Origin: Octopus bimaculoides
Lineage: Eukaryota
Length of the DNA: 64,000 nt
Assembly (NCBI RefSeq): GCF_001194135.2
Contig: NC_068982.1
Location: 46,969,157 to 47,033,156, forward strand
Direction: 5' to 3'
The notes under the pieces were generated by a model. The model saw only the letters and a list, made by a program, of their open reading frames with translations, made no database searches and was not told where the DNA came from. Below are positions 1-12,455 of the stretch, one piece after another. Every line of letters starts with the position of its first letter. Position 1 is the first letter of the stretch. Position numbers and translations under genes: made by a program.

Positions 1-329
1 ACCAACATTCTTAATCAGAGAAAAAAAGTAAATCAAGAACTCTTGGATAAATAGAGCTATTTCAGTCAGTTGTGATAAAGGAAAAGACCTGCAACAGAGA
101 TGATAAAAATAAAAAAAATAAAAAAAAACAAAAAAACATAGAATGAATATAGAAATGCAAAAATAGGAAGTAAAGTAGCCAAAGATATGAGGAAGTATGA
201 AGATGTCAGATATCAAATAATTCAATTCAAGCATACCAAATATTTACAGAGTTAATCAAACTAAGGACATTGATATAAAAATATATACATCTACATATGA
301 ATATGATCCACCCCTCATAATATTCATAA

Positions 330-802
330 TCCAGAGAAGCAAACCCAGAGTTACCCATCAGGAGAATTACAGCAGGATTGCTAATACCAAGTGATCATTG
401 ATGTCTATTACTACTTGGTACAGTAGTTATAAACTACTCTACAACACATTTTTAAAAAACAACTTTCACTTTGAACAATTTGTAAAAGTATGTACATTAT
501 TAACAAATATTTTTACCGGCAGCATAGTGATGGGAAATGACCTAGTTAAAATTAAACCACTAACCTTCAATCTCTCCTGGAAACTCAGTTTTGATGGGCT
601 TCAAGTATGGAATATCATCATCAATAAGGGTTAACATTTCCTCATTATCAACAGTATTTAGATTGTCGATGTCAGCATCATCTTCAGCTTCAGATTCTGT
701 TAAGCTATCACTGTGGTCACTTCCCCCAGCTTCTGAGCAATTTGAATTGCAGCTTGAAGCTTCTGCTGACAGCCTGTCTTCATTGTCGTAATTTTCAGCC
801 AT
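330..802 (-). pseudogene. Possible piggyBac-like transposase N-terminal remnant
   Basis: ATG at 802 opens an acidic D/E/S-rich peptide (MAENYDNEDRLSAE...DDADIDNLN). After stops and frameshifts come KLFF and AVILLMG (353-373), in the order expected for piggyBac N-termini. No catalytic motifs seen. Confidence 0.35.
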
Positions 803-861
803 TGTAGAGTCACTAATATTTAAATCACTGCAAAAAATAAGTATAAAAAAGTAATAAGCAG

Positions 862-1175
862 GGGAAATAACCATGAAATAAAGTAGGAAAAATATCCATG
901 AAATAAACGACAAATATAACGATGTTATCACAAGTAGCAAATGTAACCATGATATAAAAAGCAAATATAATCATGAAATGAATAGCAAACATAACCATGA
1001 AGGTACAAGTAACATAGCCATTAAACATGTAGTCGATATGACCATGAAATGAACAGCGAATATAAGTACAATATAAGTAGTAAATATAACTATGATATGA
1101 GTAGCAACTATGATAATGAACTTAGTGGTAAATGTAACCAAGAAATAAATAGTAACTATAATATAAGTATGATAA
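862..1175. repeat. Degenerate 24-bp minisatellite, about 13 units
   Basis: Units such as aaatgtaaccatgatataaaaagc / aaatataatcatgaaatgaatagc / aaacataaccatgaaggtacaagt / aaatataactatgatatgagtagc. Confidence 0.8.
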
Positions 1176-1329
1176 AAGAAGCATATATAATTTTATTTGA
1201 TTTTGAAATTATCGCTTGCATTTTTCTTTTTTTTTTTTTTTTCAATATGGCTTCTTCTACAAGAGTGCCAATAAGAAGTACTAACACAAAACAAAGACAC
1301 ACTCCCAGCTCAGTGTAGCTAGAAAAATT

Positions 1330-2270
1330 TTCATATTAACAGTTATTGTGAGGAGGAGTGATAAAGCTTTGGGTGAGAAAACTCAGGCTTTGAAGAGAAT
1401 CAACTAAGCAGTCTATTTCAAAGTGTATTCAGTTTGAGGACTATGAATAACTCTCAGAATTTTCATAGCATGGCAGTATTTGCCAATTTGAGATCAAATT
1501 CTACAGGTATGGAAGTGTCATTACTGGGACCTTTCCAAAATACACAGAGTGCAACAAAACCATTGAACTGTGAAGTTATGTCAAACAGCTGTTGTCATGT
1601 ATAGAATGGATCTGGCTATCATTTGAGTCCATTACACAGATTGCACCCCTGTCTTCCATGAACCAGGAAAAACAAGCAATTTTCCCCTGCCTGGCAGCTA
1701 TAGTGAAAGAGGTTGTATAGTGGAGAAGATTGGAAATGCTGAGGATGAGCACTTCCCACTTGAGCTAAATCTTCAAAATCTTCATGGACATTCTCATATT
1801 CCCCTTGTAGAGGGAAGTCAGATACAGAGAAGGAGGTGCTACCCTCAAGCAAACTTGTTTTAGAAGATGAGTGGAATTGGTGAGAGTGGCTCTAGTGAGT
1901 GGGACTACTTTCAGCATGCACATGAAAGCTGGAGAAAACAGTATGGAAAGGTCACTTTTTGTAGTTAGGATGATACAATGTTTAATGGGTTTCTTTGATT
2001 GGGCTTAGGTGATTCTTGCCTCACTTCCCACTGGGAGCCTTTCCCTTATTGATATTCCAGTTTTATGTTTTGTCTTTGTACCATCACCAATGTTTTGTAA
2101 TTTTGTAGCCAATAGAAAACAGATTATTATAATTGTTATAATGCTGCTGCTTAGCATTAATGTTGTAATGGGGTAAGTTACATTTCCTGTCAGACCAAAA
2201 GCCATAGTCTGAATTTTACCATTTGAAACCAAATATATGTTCTTGTCTGTATTGTCAGGTGTGAAATTCA
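1330..2270 (+). mobile_element. L1/Tx1-like LINE 3' fragment (ORF2 C-terminus plus probable 3' UTR), decayed
   Basis: + frame reads YVKQLLSCIEWIWLSFESITQIAP...CLAAIVKEVV*WRRL...VELVRVALVSGTTFSMH. Bases ~1465-1565 align with the zinc-finger-bearing fragment at 19905-20190 (-). Confidence 0.6.
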
Positions 2271-2275
2271 ATGTC

Positions 2276-2421
2276 TTCATCATCATCATCATTTAATGTC
2301 TGCTCTCAATGCAGATATGGATTGGGTGGTTTGACAACAGCTAGCAAACCAGAGGACTGCACCAGGCTGCACTGTCTGCTTTGGCAAGGTTTTTTGGGCT
2401 GGATACCTTTCCTAACACCAA
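2276..2421 (-). mobile_element. RTE-type 3' tail fragment, old
   Basis: (CAT)n followed by the reverse complement of the tail motif (ctggatacctttcctaacaccaa) seen throughout the window. Confidence 0.75.
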
Positions 2422-3514
2422 ATATACAAATATATTAAATGAATGTTCTTGAGCTAATGTTCTATTTGAGTGTCACACACACGCAAGCAGATAATGACCA
2501 TAAGGGGAAAAGCAGAACATTATGTGTTTTTAAATTAGTAGAAACGACAATTGACAAATCATTTCTTATTCAGCTTAACATGACTTCTGATTTGAAACAG
2601 TTGAAAAGAAAGCTACTTCTATTCTATGCTGCTGGTTTTTTAAGGTCTGTGGAATAAGTAGTGACAAGATGAAACTTAGAAGTGCTAAGTTGCTGAGAGA
2701 AGATTCATTTTTCAGTATTACCTCAAAAATGACCAACAGATTACTGCATTTTTAATGGCCCAAATAAAGTATGAGAAACAGTGAAAGACTTAAAATGTAA
2801 TCTAATTATGAAGGTGAAACTCTAAACTGTAGCTTGTATAAGTCAAACTACAAATTACCTTAGTTTCATCTCATTACTGAAAGGTAAGGGAAAATGAGTG
2901 TAAAATTTCCTGCACCTGAAAAGGATTTCTGAAAGCTAGCTTCACCATATAAAGAAAATAATAGACTGTTGTTCTCCCATTGGATGCAATGCTTGTCTAA
3001 AGCTTAATTGTCTGTTACCTATTAGCAACAGCCAGGGAAACTAAAGCAAAAGCAATGGAGAATATAGTGTTTCACCCAGAAACAATAAATTGCAATCAAG
3101 ATATAGTTCTTGTAACTCATAATGTAAACAAAAGTTACCAGGAAATTACTTTATTCAAATCAAATAAAATAAATGTTCAATTTCATGCTTTTTTTTTTTT
3201 ACTCAAAACTGGAAAGTAATTTTATGCAATTAACCAAAATTGATGTTATTAGCATATGCAATAAACCAATCAATTTCACAAAGTTTAGCAGTTAAACAAA
3301 TTTGTGTTTGAGAAGTTATGCAATTAACTGAATTATACACTCATTCAGTATGTTGCTTAAGTAAAATCAATTGTGGCAGAGGAGATACAGATAGAATCAG
3401 TAAAGAATAAAGTTTACATTTGTGTAAAACCTATAGTTCATATATAAATTTGAACTTCTGCATGTATCTCTGTGTAGTCATTTCTTTGTATTTGTTTGTA
3501 TATTTGTATATTCA

Positions 3515-3625
3515 TCACCATTATGATTTAGCATCTGTTTTCTATGCTGGCATGGGTTGGATGGTTTGACCAGTGCAAGCAAGTAGGAGAGCTGCACCAA
3601 GTTCCAGTCTGATTTTGGTTGGTTT
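3515..3625 (-). mobile_element. RTE-type 3' tail fragment
   Basis: tttctatgctggcatgggttggatggtttgac...gctgcaccaagttccagtctgattttgg matches the other tail copies. Confidence 0.7.
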
Positions 3626-3627
3626 CT

Positions 3628-3835
3628 GTCCTACTGTCACTTGACAACCCGCGTTAATTTGACTACATCCCGGTAACTTAGTGGTTCAGCAAAAGAGACC
3701 AACTAGAGTAAGCACTAGACTTTAAAATAAAATAATAAGTAGTGGAGTTGATTCATTCAATTAAAATTCTTCAACATGGTGCCCCAACATAGCCGCAGTC
3801 TAATGAGTAAGCCAAGTAAAAGATAAAAGATAAAA
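3628..3835 (+). mobile_element. SINE family A, 3' half
   Basis: cttgacaacc...gtaacttagtggttcagcaaaagagacc...catagccgcagtc...aagtaaaagataaaaga matches the copy at 8637. Confidence 0.7.
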
Positions 3836-4029
3836 AAAATTACTGAATTTATTTGAATGACCATACCAAACACAGCTTTGTGCCTTCAGAGTAACAAAAA
3901 AAGCATAATTTTTACCATTCTTAATAATATGGCTATTCACAGTGAGAATGTGAACAATTGAGCAGCTGTTATAGGCCCAATCAATACAAGTCGACAAAAT
4001 TAAATATATGGCCATAAGATAACTACTTT

Positions 4030-4720
4030 TGACAACAGCCATTTCTCGATATATTTATAATAAATCATATATATTAGCTATATATATTTGTGTGTGTATA
4101 ATACACATATAGATATATAAACATATATGCATACAATATAGATATATGTATAAATATAATACATATAAATATATATATTATAAATATAATATATATAACA
4201 ATGTATAGATATAATACATACACATATACACAAATACATACATACATATATATACTGATGCATCATGGGAGGGTCATTTTCGTAATAAAATCACATGCAC
4301 TGGATACACACATATATCGCAAGACACAAATACACACATATATACAGTATATACAGATACACATATTTTCTTTATTTTCTTATATTCTTTTACTGGTTTC
4401 CATCATTATACAAACACACATGAAAATATGCAAGTACAACCACACAGATACATATTTCTATGCATACAAGTCTACACACAGCACACAGCATACACGCACA
4501 AGCAGACACACACACACACAGCAAACACACACATAACTATATATGATTATAGACATCTAACCAACCTATGCGTTTATAGAAAACCAGGCATTAAAGCCAA
4601 TAACACGGATGATAATATACACATTTTATTGCACCATCAATACACATGTGCAAACATATATACAATCAATTGTACATACATACACACTTACATAATTACA
4701 TACACACAAACACAGATAAC
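4030..4720. repeat. Degenerate (TA)/(CA) low-complexity tract
   Basis: Directly visible alternating dinucleotides. It explains the His/Thr/Tyr/Ile-rich ORFs here. Confidence 0.9.
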
Positions 4721-4723
4721 TAG

Positions 4724-5020
4724 CACTCTGATGAGCGTTCCAGTTGATACAATCAACAGAACAGCCGGCTCATGAAATTCACATGCAAGTGGCTGAGTAA
4801 TCTACAGATGCATGTAACTCTTAATGTAGGTCTCAGCATACAGAATGTGACAAGGCCAGCCCTTTGAAATATAGTTACTGCTCATTTTTGCCAGCTGAGT
4901 GTGAGTGGAGTGGAGCAACATGAAATAAAGTGTTTTGCTCAAGGACACACTATGCCACTGATCTCACAATCTTATGATCATGAGCCGAACACTCTAACCA
5001 CTAAGCCATACACCTTCACA
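4724..5020 (-). mobile_element. SINE family C (tRNA-like head plus core), tail type 1
   Basis: Minus strand begins tgtgaaggtgtatggcttagtggttag, has the core ttgagcaaaacactttatttcatgttgctcc, and shares its tail with 5897-6272. Confidence 0.8.
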
Positions 5021-5896
5021 CACACACACACACATGTACACATGCATGCACACACTCAAACACATTGTACACACATATATATATGCTTATACTCTAACAC
5101 ACACAGACACACACAGACACACACACACACACACACACAGACATCTTGCCATTCAGTTACTAATTTCATTTTCCTTTTCTTCTTTTAATATTATCATTTT
5201 CTTTTTTTTTTTTTCCATTTTTAGCCCCCACCACTAAATTCTCACAAAACTCCCAAATTATTTCAGAGAAAGAAAAGGCGAAAAAAAAAAGGTAAAAAAA
5301 AAAAAAAAAGAAAATAGAGAAATGAAAAGCTTGGAGTTGAGGAATTTAGTTCCACCACCAATAAAGTCTTGGCAATAATATGGAAAACAAAAAAGATATA
5401 ATAATGCAAATATCATATAAATTTTTTATTCGTGCTGTGGGACATCTCTAAAGAGGAGGTGTAAAAATCTGATGACCATTTTTGTAATGGTAGCTATATT
5501 GTTTAGAATTCCGGTTGCCTTTCTTTCTACAGAGAATTCTTCATTGACAGGTTTTATGACCTAATGTGTTTATTGTAACCTGTTAAGTTTGTCAATGCAG
5601 GAGGGTTTTCTTCATTTTTTGTGTGTTTTTGCAGCAGTTCTTCCTAGTTATTGTTGTTGCTAATGATAACGATGATGTTGTCAGTGTTACTATTGTTGTC
5701 AGTGCTGTAGATGGTGTTGTTGTTGTTGTTGTTTTAGTTTAGCACTAGCACTGCCCTCATCGAGCATACCTATGATCAAAAGTATTCCAGGATTCAAACT
5801 ATGATCATTCCATCTTCTCTCCTGTATGTGCAAGGGTCACAAAGATCAAATTTGACAGAGATTGAGTTGCTATGTCTAGCAGTTTTGAATGGTTGT

Positions 5897-6272
5897 CACT
5901 CCGTCGGTTACGATGACGAGGGTTCCAGTTGATCCGATCAACAGAACAGCCTGCTCGTGAAATTAACGTGCAAGTGGCTGAGCACTCCACAGACACGTGT
6001 ACCCTTAATGTAGTTCTCTGGGAGATTCAGCGTGACACAGTGTGACAAGGTTGGCCTTTGAAATACAGGTACAACAGAAATAGGAAGAAAGAGTGAGAGA
6101 AAGTTGTGGTGAAAGAGTACAGCAGGGTTCGCCCCCATCCCCTGTTGGAGCCTCGTGGAACTTTAGGTGTTTTCGCTCAATAAACACTCACAATGCCCGG
6201 TCTGGGAATCGAAACCACGATCCTACGACCGCGAGTCTGCTGCCCTAACCACTGGGCCATTGCGCCTCCACA
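5897..6272 (-). mobile_element. Young tRNA-derived SINE (C-type head, divergent middle, tail type 1)
   Basis: A-box-like TGGCCCAGTGG (plus 6249-6259) and B-box-like GTTTCGATTCCC (plus 6204-6215), with many intact CpGs. Confidence 0.85.
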
Positions 6273-6681
6273 GCAGTTTGAATAACCATGTAGAGATACA
6301 GTTGTAGGCTTATGAAAGTACCAGTAATATTCTCATGAGTTGATTCAATCAACAAGACCACTCTTATATAGATTTATAACCCCTTGCAAATGCAAAAAAA
6401 CCATCATTCCATAACTTTATTTATAAGTTTTAGGGAGGTAAGAGAGCAAATCTTGAAAAATGCAGGAACAAGTTTACTGTCAGTTTTAATTCATTCCTTT
6501 GTTTTCCCTGAAGAAGGACTCTCTCCAAAACATTTTATGTATGCTATTTAGATATACTTATGTGTCTATGTATATATATTCTTGTTTCACTTTATAGATA
6601 TATTTATGCATGTGTTTGTGTTTGTGTGTGTGTGCATGTGCATGCGTGTGTAAGTGATTCCATAATTATGTATGTATGAGT

Positions 6682-7263
6682 GAATCTAAGAACGTTGGGC
6701 CTCATGGAGGTAATGATAGTTGACTGAGACCTTTGGTGATATGCAGTGATTGAGAAGACCCACCAAGCCAAGTGAAATCGTAGTCGCGTAACTGGCATCC
6801 ATGCAGGTGGCATGTAAAAGGCACTCTTTGAATGTTGGATGATATGCTGTGCTTGAGAAGACCCATCAAGCCAAGTGAAATCGTAGTCATGATCGATGCC
6901 AGTGCCGCATAACTGGCACCCATGTTGGTGGCACATAAAAAGCACCCTTCAAACAACTGGACCTCATGGAGGCAGTGACAAGTGACCAAAACCTTTGGCA
7001 ATACATGCTTGAGAAGACTTATCAAGCCAAGTGAGATCGTAATTGTGGCCAATGCCAGTGTTATGTAACTGGCACCTGTGCCAGTGGCATATAAAAAAAC
7101 ACCCACTACACTCTTAGAGTGGTTGGCATTAGGAAAACCATCCCGCTGTAGAAAACATGCCAAATCAGATTGGAACCTGGTGCAGCTCCCCAGCTTACCA
7201 GTTTTCTGTCTAACCATCCAACCCATGCCAACATGGAAAGCAGATGTTAAATGATGATGGTGA

Positions 7264-7297
<34 letters not shown>

Positions 7298-7305
7298 GGT
7301 GGTGA
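6682..7305 (+). mobile_element. RTE LINE 3' end with three tandem copies of the ORF2 C-terminus/UTR junction
   Basis: LRTLGLMEV..DLW*YAVIEKTHQAK* (~6685), YAVLEKTHQAK* (~6843), FKQLDLMEAVTSDQNLWQYMLEKTYQAK* (~6950), then the UTR and (GAT)n(GGT)n. Confidence 0.85.
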
Positions 7306-7624
7306 CGATATATGCGTGTATATATACTGCATTTATATTCACCAGCACTCCCATTTATTGTGTGCAAAAGAATGCTCTGATTTTCCTTCTTTGTTTTCGT
7401 ATGTATTTGCATACTGAACAACTTAATGGGCAAACTATTTGAGAAATATGAATTATCCATGTGACATTGTAATAATTTTTGTAATTTGTTCCAGAACTAT
7501 CCAGGGAAATAGCATTATCACTAGAATATAAATTTACAACCCTTTAATTTGTAACTACTTTGATAAGTGCTAATGCATGAAACTTTTGGCCCTTGAGTCA
7601 CTCTGTTGTTTCTGCTGAATATTA

Positions 7625-7625
7625 A

Positions 7626-7658
<33 letters not shown>

Positions 7659-7970
7659 GTGTATGTGTATGTGTGTGTGTGTGTGTGTGTGTATGTATCT
7701 ATGTGTTTGTGTCTTTGTGTTTGTGTGTGTATGTATCTATGTGTTTGTGTCTTTGTGTATATGTTTGTAACAACCACTGCTTGATCACCAATGTTGGTTT
7801 GTTTATATCCATGTAACTTACCAGTTCAGCAAAAGACACCGCTAGAATAACTACCAGGCTTTAAGAAAGAAAATAAGTCGTGCAGTGTCCCAGAATGGCC
7901 ACAGTCAGATGGCTGAAAAAGTAAATGATAAAAGAGGTGTGTGTGTGTGTGTGCGTATGTGTGTGTGTGC

Positions 7971-8004
<34 letters not shown>

Positions 8005-8400
8005 GTGTGTGTGTGTGTGTGTTTGTGTGTGTGCGTGTGTATCTTTGTGTTTGTGTTTGCCCTCCCCCACCATTTGATGACTGGTAATGATTTATTTACA
8101 TCCCTGTGACTTAACAGTTCAGTGAAAGACACGAATAAAATAACTACCAGGCTTTTAAAAAAGAAAATAAGTCCTGAAGTGCCCCAGAATGACCACAGTC
8201 AGATGACTGAAAAAGTAAAAGATAGAAGAGGAAGGGTGCATGTGTGTGTGTGTGTGTGTATGCTTGTGTGTGTGTGTGTATGTGTGCTTGCATGTGTGTG
8301 AGTGTGTGTGTGAGTGTATGTGTGTGTGAGTGTGTATGTGTGTGAGTGTATGTGAGTGTGTGTGGGTGTAAGAGTTTGTGTGTTTGTGCGTGTGTATGTG
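7625..8400 (+). repeat. Tandem duplication of (TG)n plus the SINE-A 3' half
   Basis: Units end at ~7935 and ~8225. Both lack the ggggtcgat..cgactaa segment present in other A copies. Confidence 0.75.
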
Positions 8401-8636
8401 TGTGTGGATATTGTCATATTGTTGTGTTAAGCTTCTATTCAAAATAAAAGAGCTTTTTTCATTGTTTTCATTATAATGTGTGCTATAAAGTTATTGAAGA
8501 TCTAGCAATTACATAACTGATTTTCTTTTTTTGTCACTTTTATTGTTGCAATAGATGCTTCATCTTTATTAAACTGTTTTACAGTTCATTGACCTTTTCC
8601 ATTTTGAAGTTGATTCAAAATATTAATTATTTCTTA

Positions 8637-9000
8637 TAGGTGCAGGCATGGCTGTGTGGGAAGAAGCTTGCTTCCCAGTCACATGATTTCAAGTTCAATC
8701 CCACTACATGGCTTCTTGGGCAAGTCTCTTTAATTGTAGCCTCAGGCCAACCAAAGTCTGAAAGAGCCCCATCATGTGTATGTAATGTGTGTGTGTCTTT
8801 GTATCTGTGTTTGTCCTCCACCCCCACCCCACTGCTTGACAACTAGTGTTGGTGTGTTTACATCCCTGTAACTTAGCGATTTGGCAAAAGACACCGATAG
8901 AATAAGTACCAGATTTAAAATAAAAAAATAAGTCCTTGTGGTTGATTTGTTCGACTAAAACCCTTTGAAGTGGTGCCCCAGTAGGGCTGCAGTCAAAGAT
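8637..9000 (+). mobile_element. SINE family A, near full length
   Basis: Head taggtgcaggcatggctgtgtgg, then cttgggcaagt, internal (TG)n and tail gcaaaagacaccgatagaataagtac. Confidence 0.85.
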
Positions 9001-9231
9001 TAATGTCCATTTCCAAAGGAATCAAATTTCTTCACATTTGAAAGTCTATTTTTTACTTTTATTTTTTTATTTGTTTCGATCTTTGTTTCGATCTTTTTAT
9101 TTGTTTCGATCTGTGACCACATTGAGGAACCAACATGAAGGCGACATCAGACTTAGTGTTTTTATTTTTCTTTAAAGTGTAGAACTTATTCTATTGGTTT
9201 CCTTTGCCAAACCACTAAATTGCAGGGGGAC

Positions 9232-9294
<63 letters not shown>

Positions 9295-9578
9295 NNNNNN
9301 NNNNNNNNNNNNNNNNNNNNNNNNNNNNNNNNNNNNNNNNNNNNNNNNNNNNNNNNNNNNNNNNNNNNNNNNNNNNNNNNNNNNNNNNNNNNNNNNNNNN
9401 NNNNNNNNNNNNNNNNNNNNNNNNNNNNNNNNNNNNNNNNNNNNNNNNNNNNNNNNNNNNNNNNNNNNNNNNNNNNNNNNNNNNNNNNNNNNNNNNNNNN
9501 NNNNNNNNNNNNNNNNNNNNNNNNNNNNNNNNNNNNNNNNNNNNNNNNNNNNNNNNNNNNNNNNNNNNNNNNNNNNNN

Positions 9579-9609
<31 letters not shown>

Positions 9610-9613
<4 letters not shown>

Positions 9614-9943
9614 ACTCCCTTCAGTCATGAATGACTATGGGATTGTACCTAGAAAGTTATCCCACAAGGCACAAGTCTGGGCAAGGTTGTTTTATAGAAG
9701 ACCAGCAGTCACACATGCATACCGGCCTCCCTTCTCCATGCCACCAATGTTATCCAAGGGAAAGGCAAAGGCTGATACAGCTTGACACCAGTGACACCAC
9801 AACTCATTTCTACAGCTGAGTGGACTGGACCAACATGAAATAAAGTGTCTTGCTCAAGAACACACCACAGAGCCCAGTCCAGGAATCAAACTCACTACCT
9901 CATGATTGTGAACCCGATGCTCTAACCACTGAGCCATACACCT
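9610..9943 (-). mobile_element. SINE family C, tail type 3
   Basis: C head and core on the minus strand. Tail (cccttggataac...caaccttgccc) is shared with 29722-30050. Confidence 0.8.
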
Positions 9944-10169
9944 ATTGCAGACAAGACAGTAAATTTCAAATGCAATGAAGTTGCAAGGACTGTGGAGAAA
10001 GATTGGGTGTTTACCCTTATAAGATGTAATAAAGTTACCAGAAGGCAGCAACGGGACTCTAACCCATACCCCTCAGATACAGGTTGAGTGCTCTAACCAT
10101 TACATTAAATGGCCCCCAAACCACAATTAAAGTCAGTTTTAGATAAAAGGTATATATACATATATCTTT

Positions 10170-10605
10170 TATGTTTCACTTGTTTCAGTCATTTGACTGA
10201 AGCTATGCTGGGACAAGCCTTGAAAGATTTTAGTCAAAGAAATCAATCCCAGAGGCTATTTATTTAGTCTTTTTTTTTTTTTTGAAGCCTAGTACCTGTT
10301 CCACTGGGCTCTATTTTTGAACTACTAGGTTACAGGAATATAAACACACCAACACCATTTGTTAAGTTGTGTAGAAGAGAGGCAAACACAGACACACACA
10401 CATAGATAGGTATATACATATATATGTGTGTATACATATACAACAGGCTCCTTTCATTCTCCATCTACCAAATCCACTCACAAGGCTTTGGTCAGCCTGA
10501 AGCTAGAGTAGAAGACACTTGCCCAAGGTGTCAAGCAGTGGGTCTGAACCCGAAACCATGTGGTTGGGCAGCAAGCTTCTTAATACACAGCCACACCTGC
10601 ACATA
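10170..10605 (-). mobile_element. SINE family A, near full length
   Basis: Reverse complement of the A head at 10585-10605, internal CA/TA run, tail cagtcatttgactg at ~10187. Confidence 0.8.
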
Positions 10606-10617
10606 TACATATATATA

Positions 10618-10717
10618 TTGGAGCCTGGTGTTGCCATCCGGTTTCACCAGTCCTCAGTCAAATCGTCCAACCCATGCTAGCATGGAAAGCGGACGTTAAA
10701 CGATGATGATGATGATG

Positions 10718-10718
<1 letters not shown>
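10618..10718 (+). mobile_element. Young 5'-truncated RTE tail
   Basis: gagcctggtgttgccatccggtttcacc...gaaagcggacgttaaac(gat)n, with TA runs on both sides. Confidence 0.9.
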
Positions 10719-10744
<26 letters not shown>

Positions 10745-10810
<66 letters not shown>

Positions 10811-10812
10811 TA
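10745..10812. repeat. (GATA)n microsatellite
   Basis: Directly visible. Confidence 0.95.
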
Positions 10813-11050
10813 AAACCTATATAGTAGATTTATAAACAGGGCTAATTTAGCTATTTCTCCATAGACTTAAAAACCAATCAACAACCTTAATTGATTTTCA
10901 AATCTTATTGGATTTTTATCAAAGGCATCTACATCAATTTGACCAATCCTAGAGAAACCAGCTGCCAATTTGTTTAAATACTGAACAATTTCAGTAGCTA
11001 CAGGGAATTAGAACTACTAATTTTCAAAGATAGAGAGGGTGTGTAAGACA

Positions 11051-11082
<32 letters not shown>

Positions 11083-11902
11083 CAAATGTATCATATTCAT
11101 TGAAATAGCTTCCATAGTTACTATGAAGCTCTCCTCTTAAGATATAACAACATCTAACTCCAAATGTTGCAGTAACAGAAGACAATCAAATTGAAGTCAT
11201 TGGATTTCTTTGGCTTGCTTAAATATTGATGTCTTTTGACGAGACTTTGGACCAATTTATCACCATCATAATATTCATTATCACCACGACCCCTTCCCCT
11301 ACACACCACCACAACTAAACTACCATTACTACCATGACTGCCACCATCGACAGCATCATGTCACATATTAATTTCATAGTTGTCACCGTAAATGTTATTA
11401 ATTGAAACCCAGTAACAAGAATTTCTTTCAAACTAATAATCTCTCACAGAGTGCTTTGCAATATTAATAATGACAGTTTGAGTTGTAAATATCAATTTTT
11501 ACAAGTATTGCCAGCTGAAGTGTTGTTTTGCTGGCTTTTTTTTGTCTCCCTCGCTTTTCTTCTCACTGCTCATCCCTCAGTAAATATTTCTTTATCTTTT
11601 AGCAAAAAGGCATAATATTCAAATCCTTGACATTGGTTCCACTGTCATTTGAAATAAGTAAAACACACATGCACACACACACACACACACACATACACGC
11701 ACATGCACACTCACACACACACATACACACTTGCACACACACACACACACACATGGCATGGCCACACATATGCACACACGTGCACACACACACACACACA
11801 CACACAAAAAAAAAAAAAAAGAATGATAGTTAAGGTGTGAGAATAGGTTGCCTATACCAGATTGTTACATACAGTGCTCAACACCTACACTTCAACAATA
11901 TT

Positions 11903-12119
11903 CTTTTCTACTCTAGGTACAAGGCTCGAAATTTTGGGGGTGGAGGGATAGTCGATTAGATCACCCCCAGTGCAAACTGGTACTTAATTTATTAACCCCA
12001 AAAGGATGAAAAACAAAGTCAACCTCGGTGGAATTTGAACTCAGAACATAGTGACAGGCAAAATAGCGCTAAGCATTTTGTCCAGTGTGCTAATGATTTT
12101 GCCAACTTGCTGCCTTGGT
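11903..12119 (-). mobile_element. SINE family B with 14-bp TSD
   Basis: Flanked by acttcaacaatatt at 11889-11902 and 12120-12133. Confidence 0.85.
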
Positions 12120-12455
12120 ACTTCAACAATATTGTTGCTGTTTAGCTCCAGTTCAGTCTTGATAAAGCTAATCTATTATTAGAGATGTTTCAGATATAAC
12201 CATCTTATAATTATGTATATATATACCTATGACCACATGGCCCAACGTGTCATTTTTTAAAAAACTCTTTAGCATTCACCTCCACACCCACACAACTGCA
12301 TCTTCACCACCTTCTCTCTCCCTCTCTCTCTCCTCCTCTCTCTTTACTTCTCATCTCTCCCTCCATCTCTTTCGCTGACTCTGACTGAGTTGGACAGGTG
12401 TCTCTTCTACTGCAAGACTAGTGTTTGACTGGTGCTTGATTTTTAGACTCTAGAA

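Noticed and set aside
862-1175. CRISPR-like array
   Set aside because: The units are contiguous and degenerate, with no unique spacers and no cas genes, in a eukaryotic context.
5500-5660. Plus-strand splice acceptors and a possible 18-nt micro-exon
   Set aside because: The donor is weak and such motifs are common in T-rich DNA. Nothing supports it without RNA data.
5897-6272. tRNA gene
   Set aside because: A and B boxes are present, but the sequence continues into a SINE body and tail shared with other copies.
6702-7460. 252-aa minus-strand ORF with poly-His
   Set aside because: It is antisense to RTE 3' sequence, and the His run is the (GAT)n tail.
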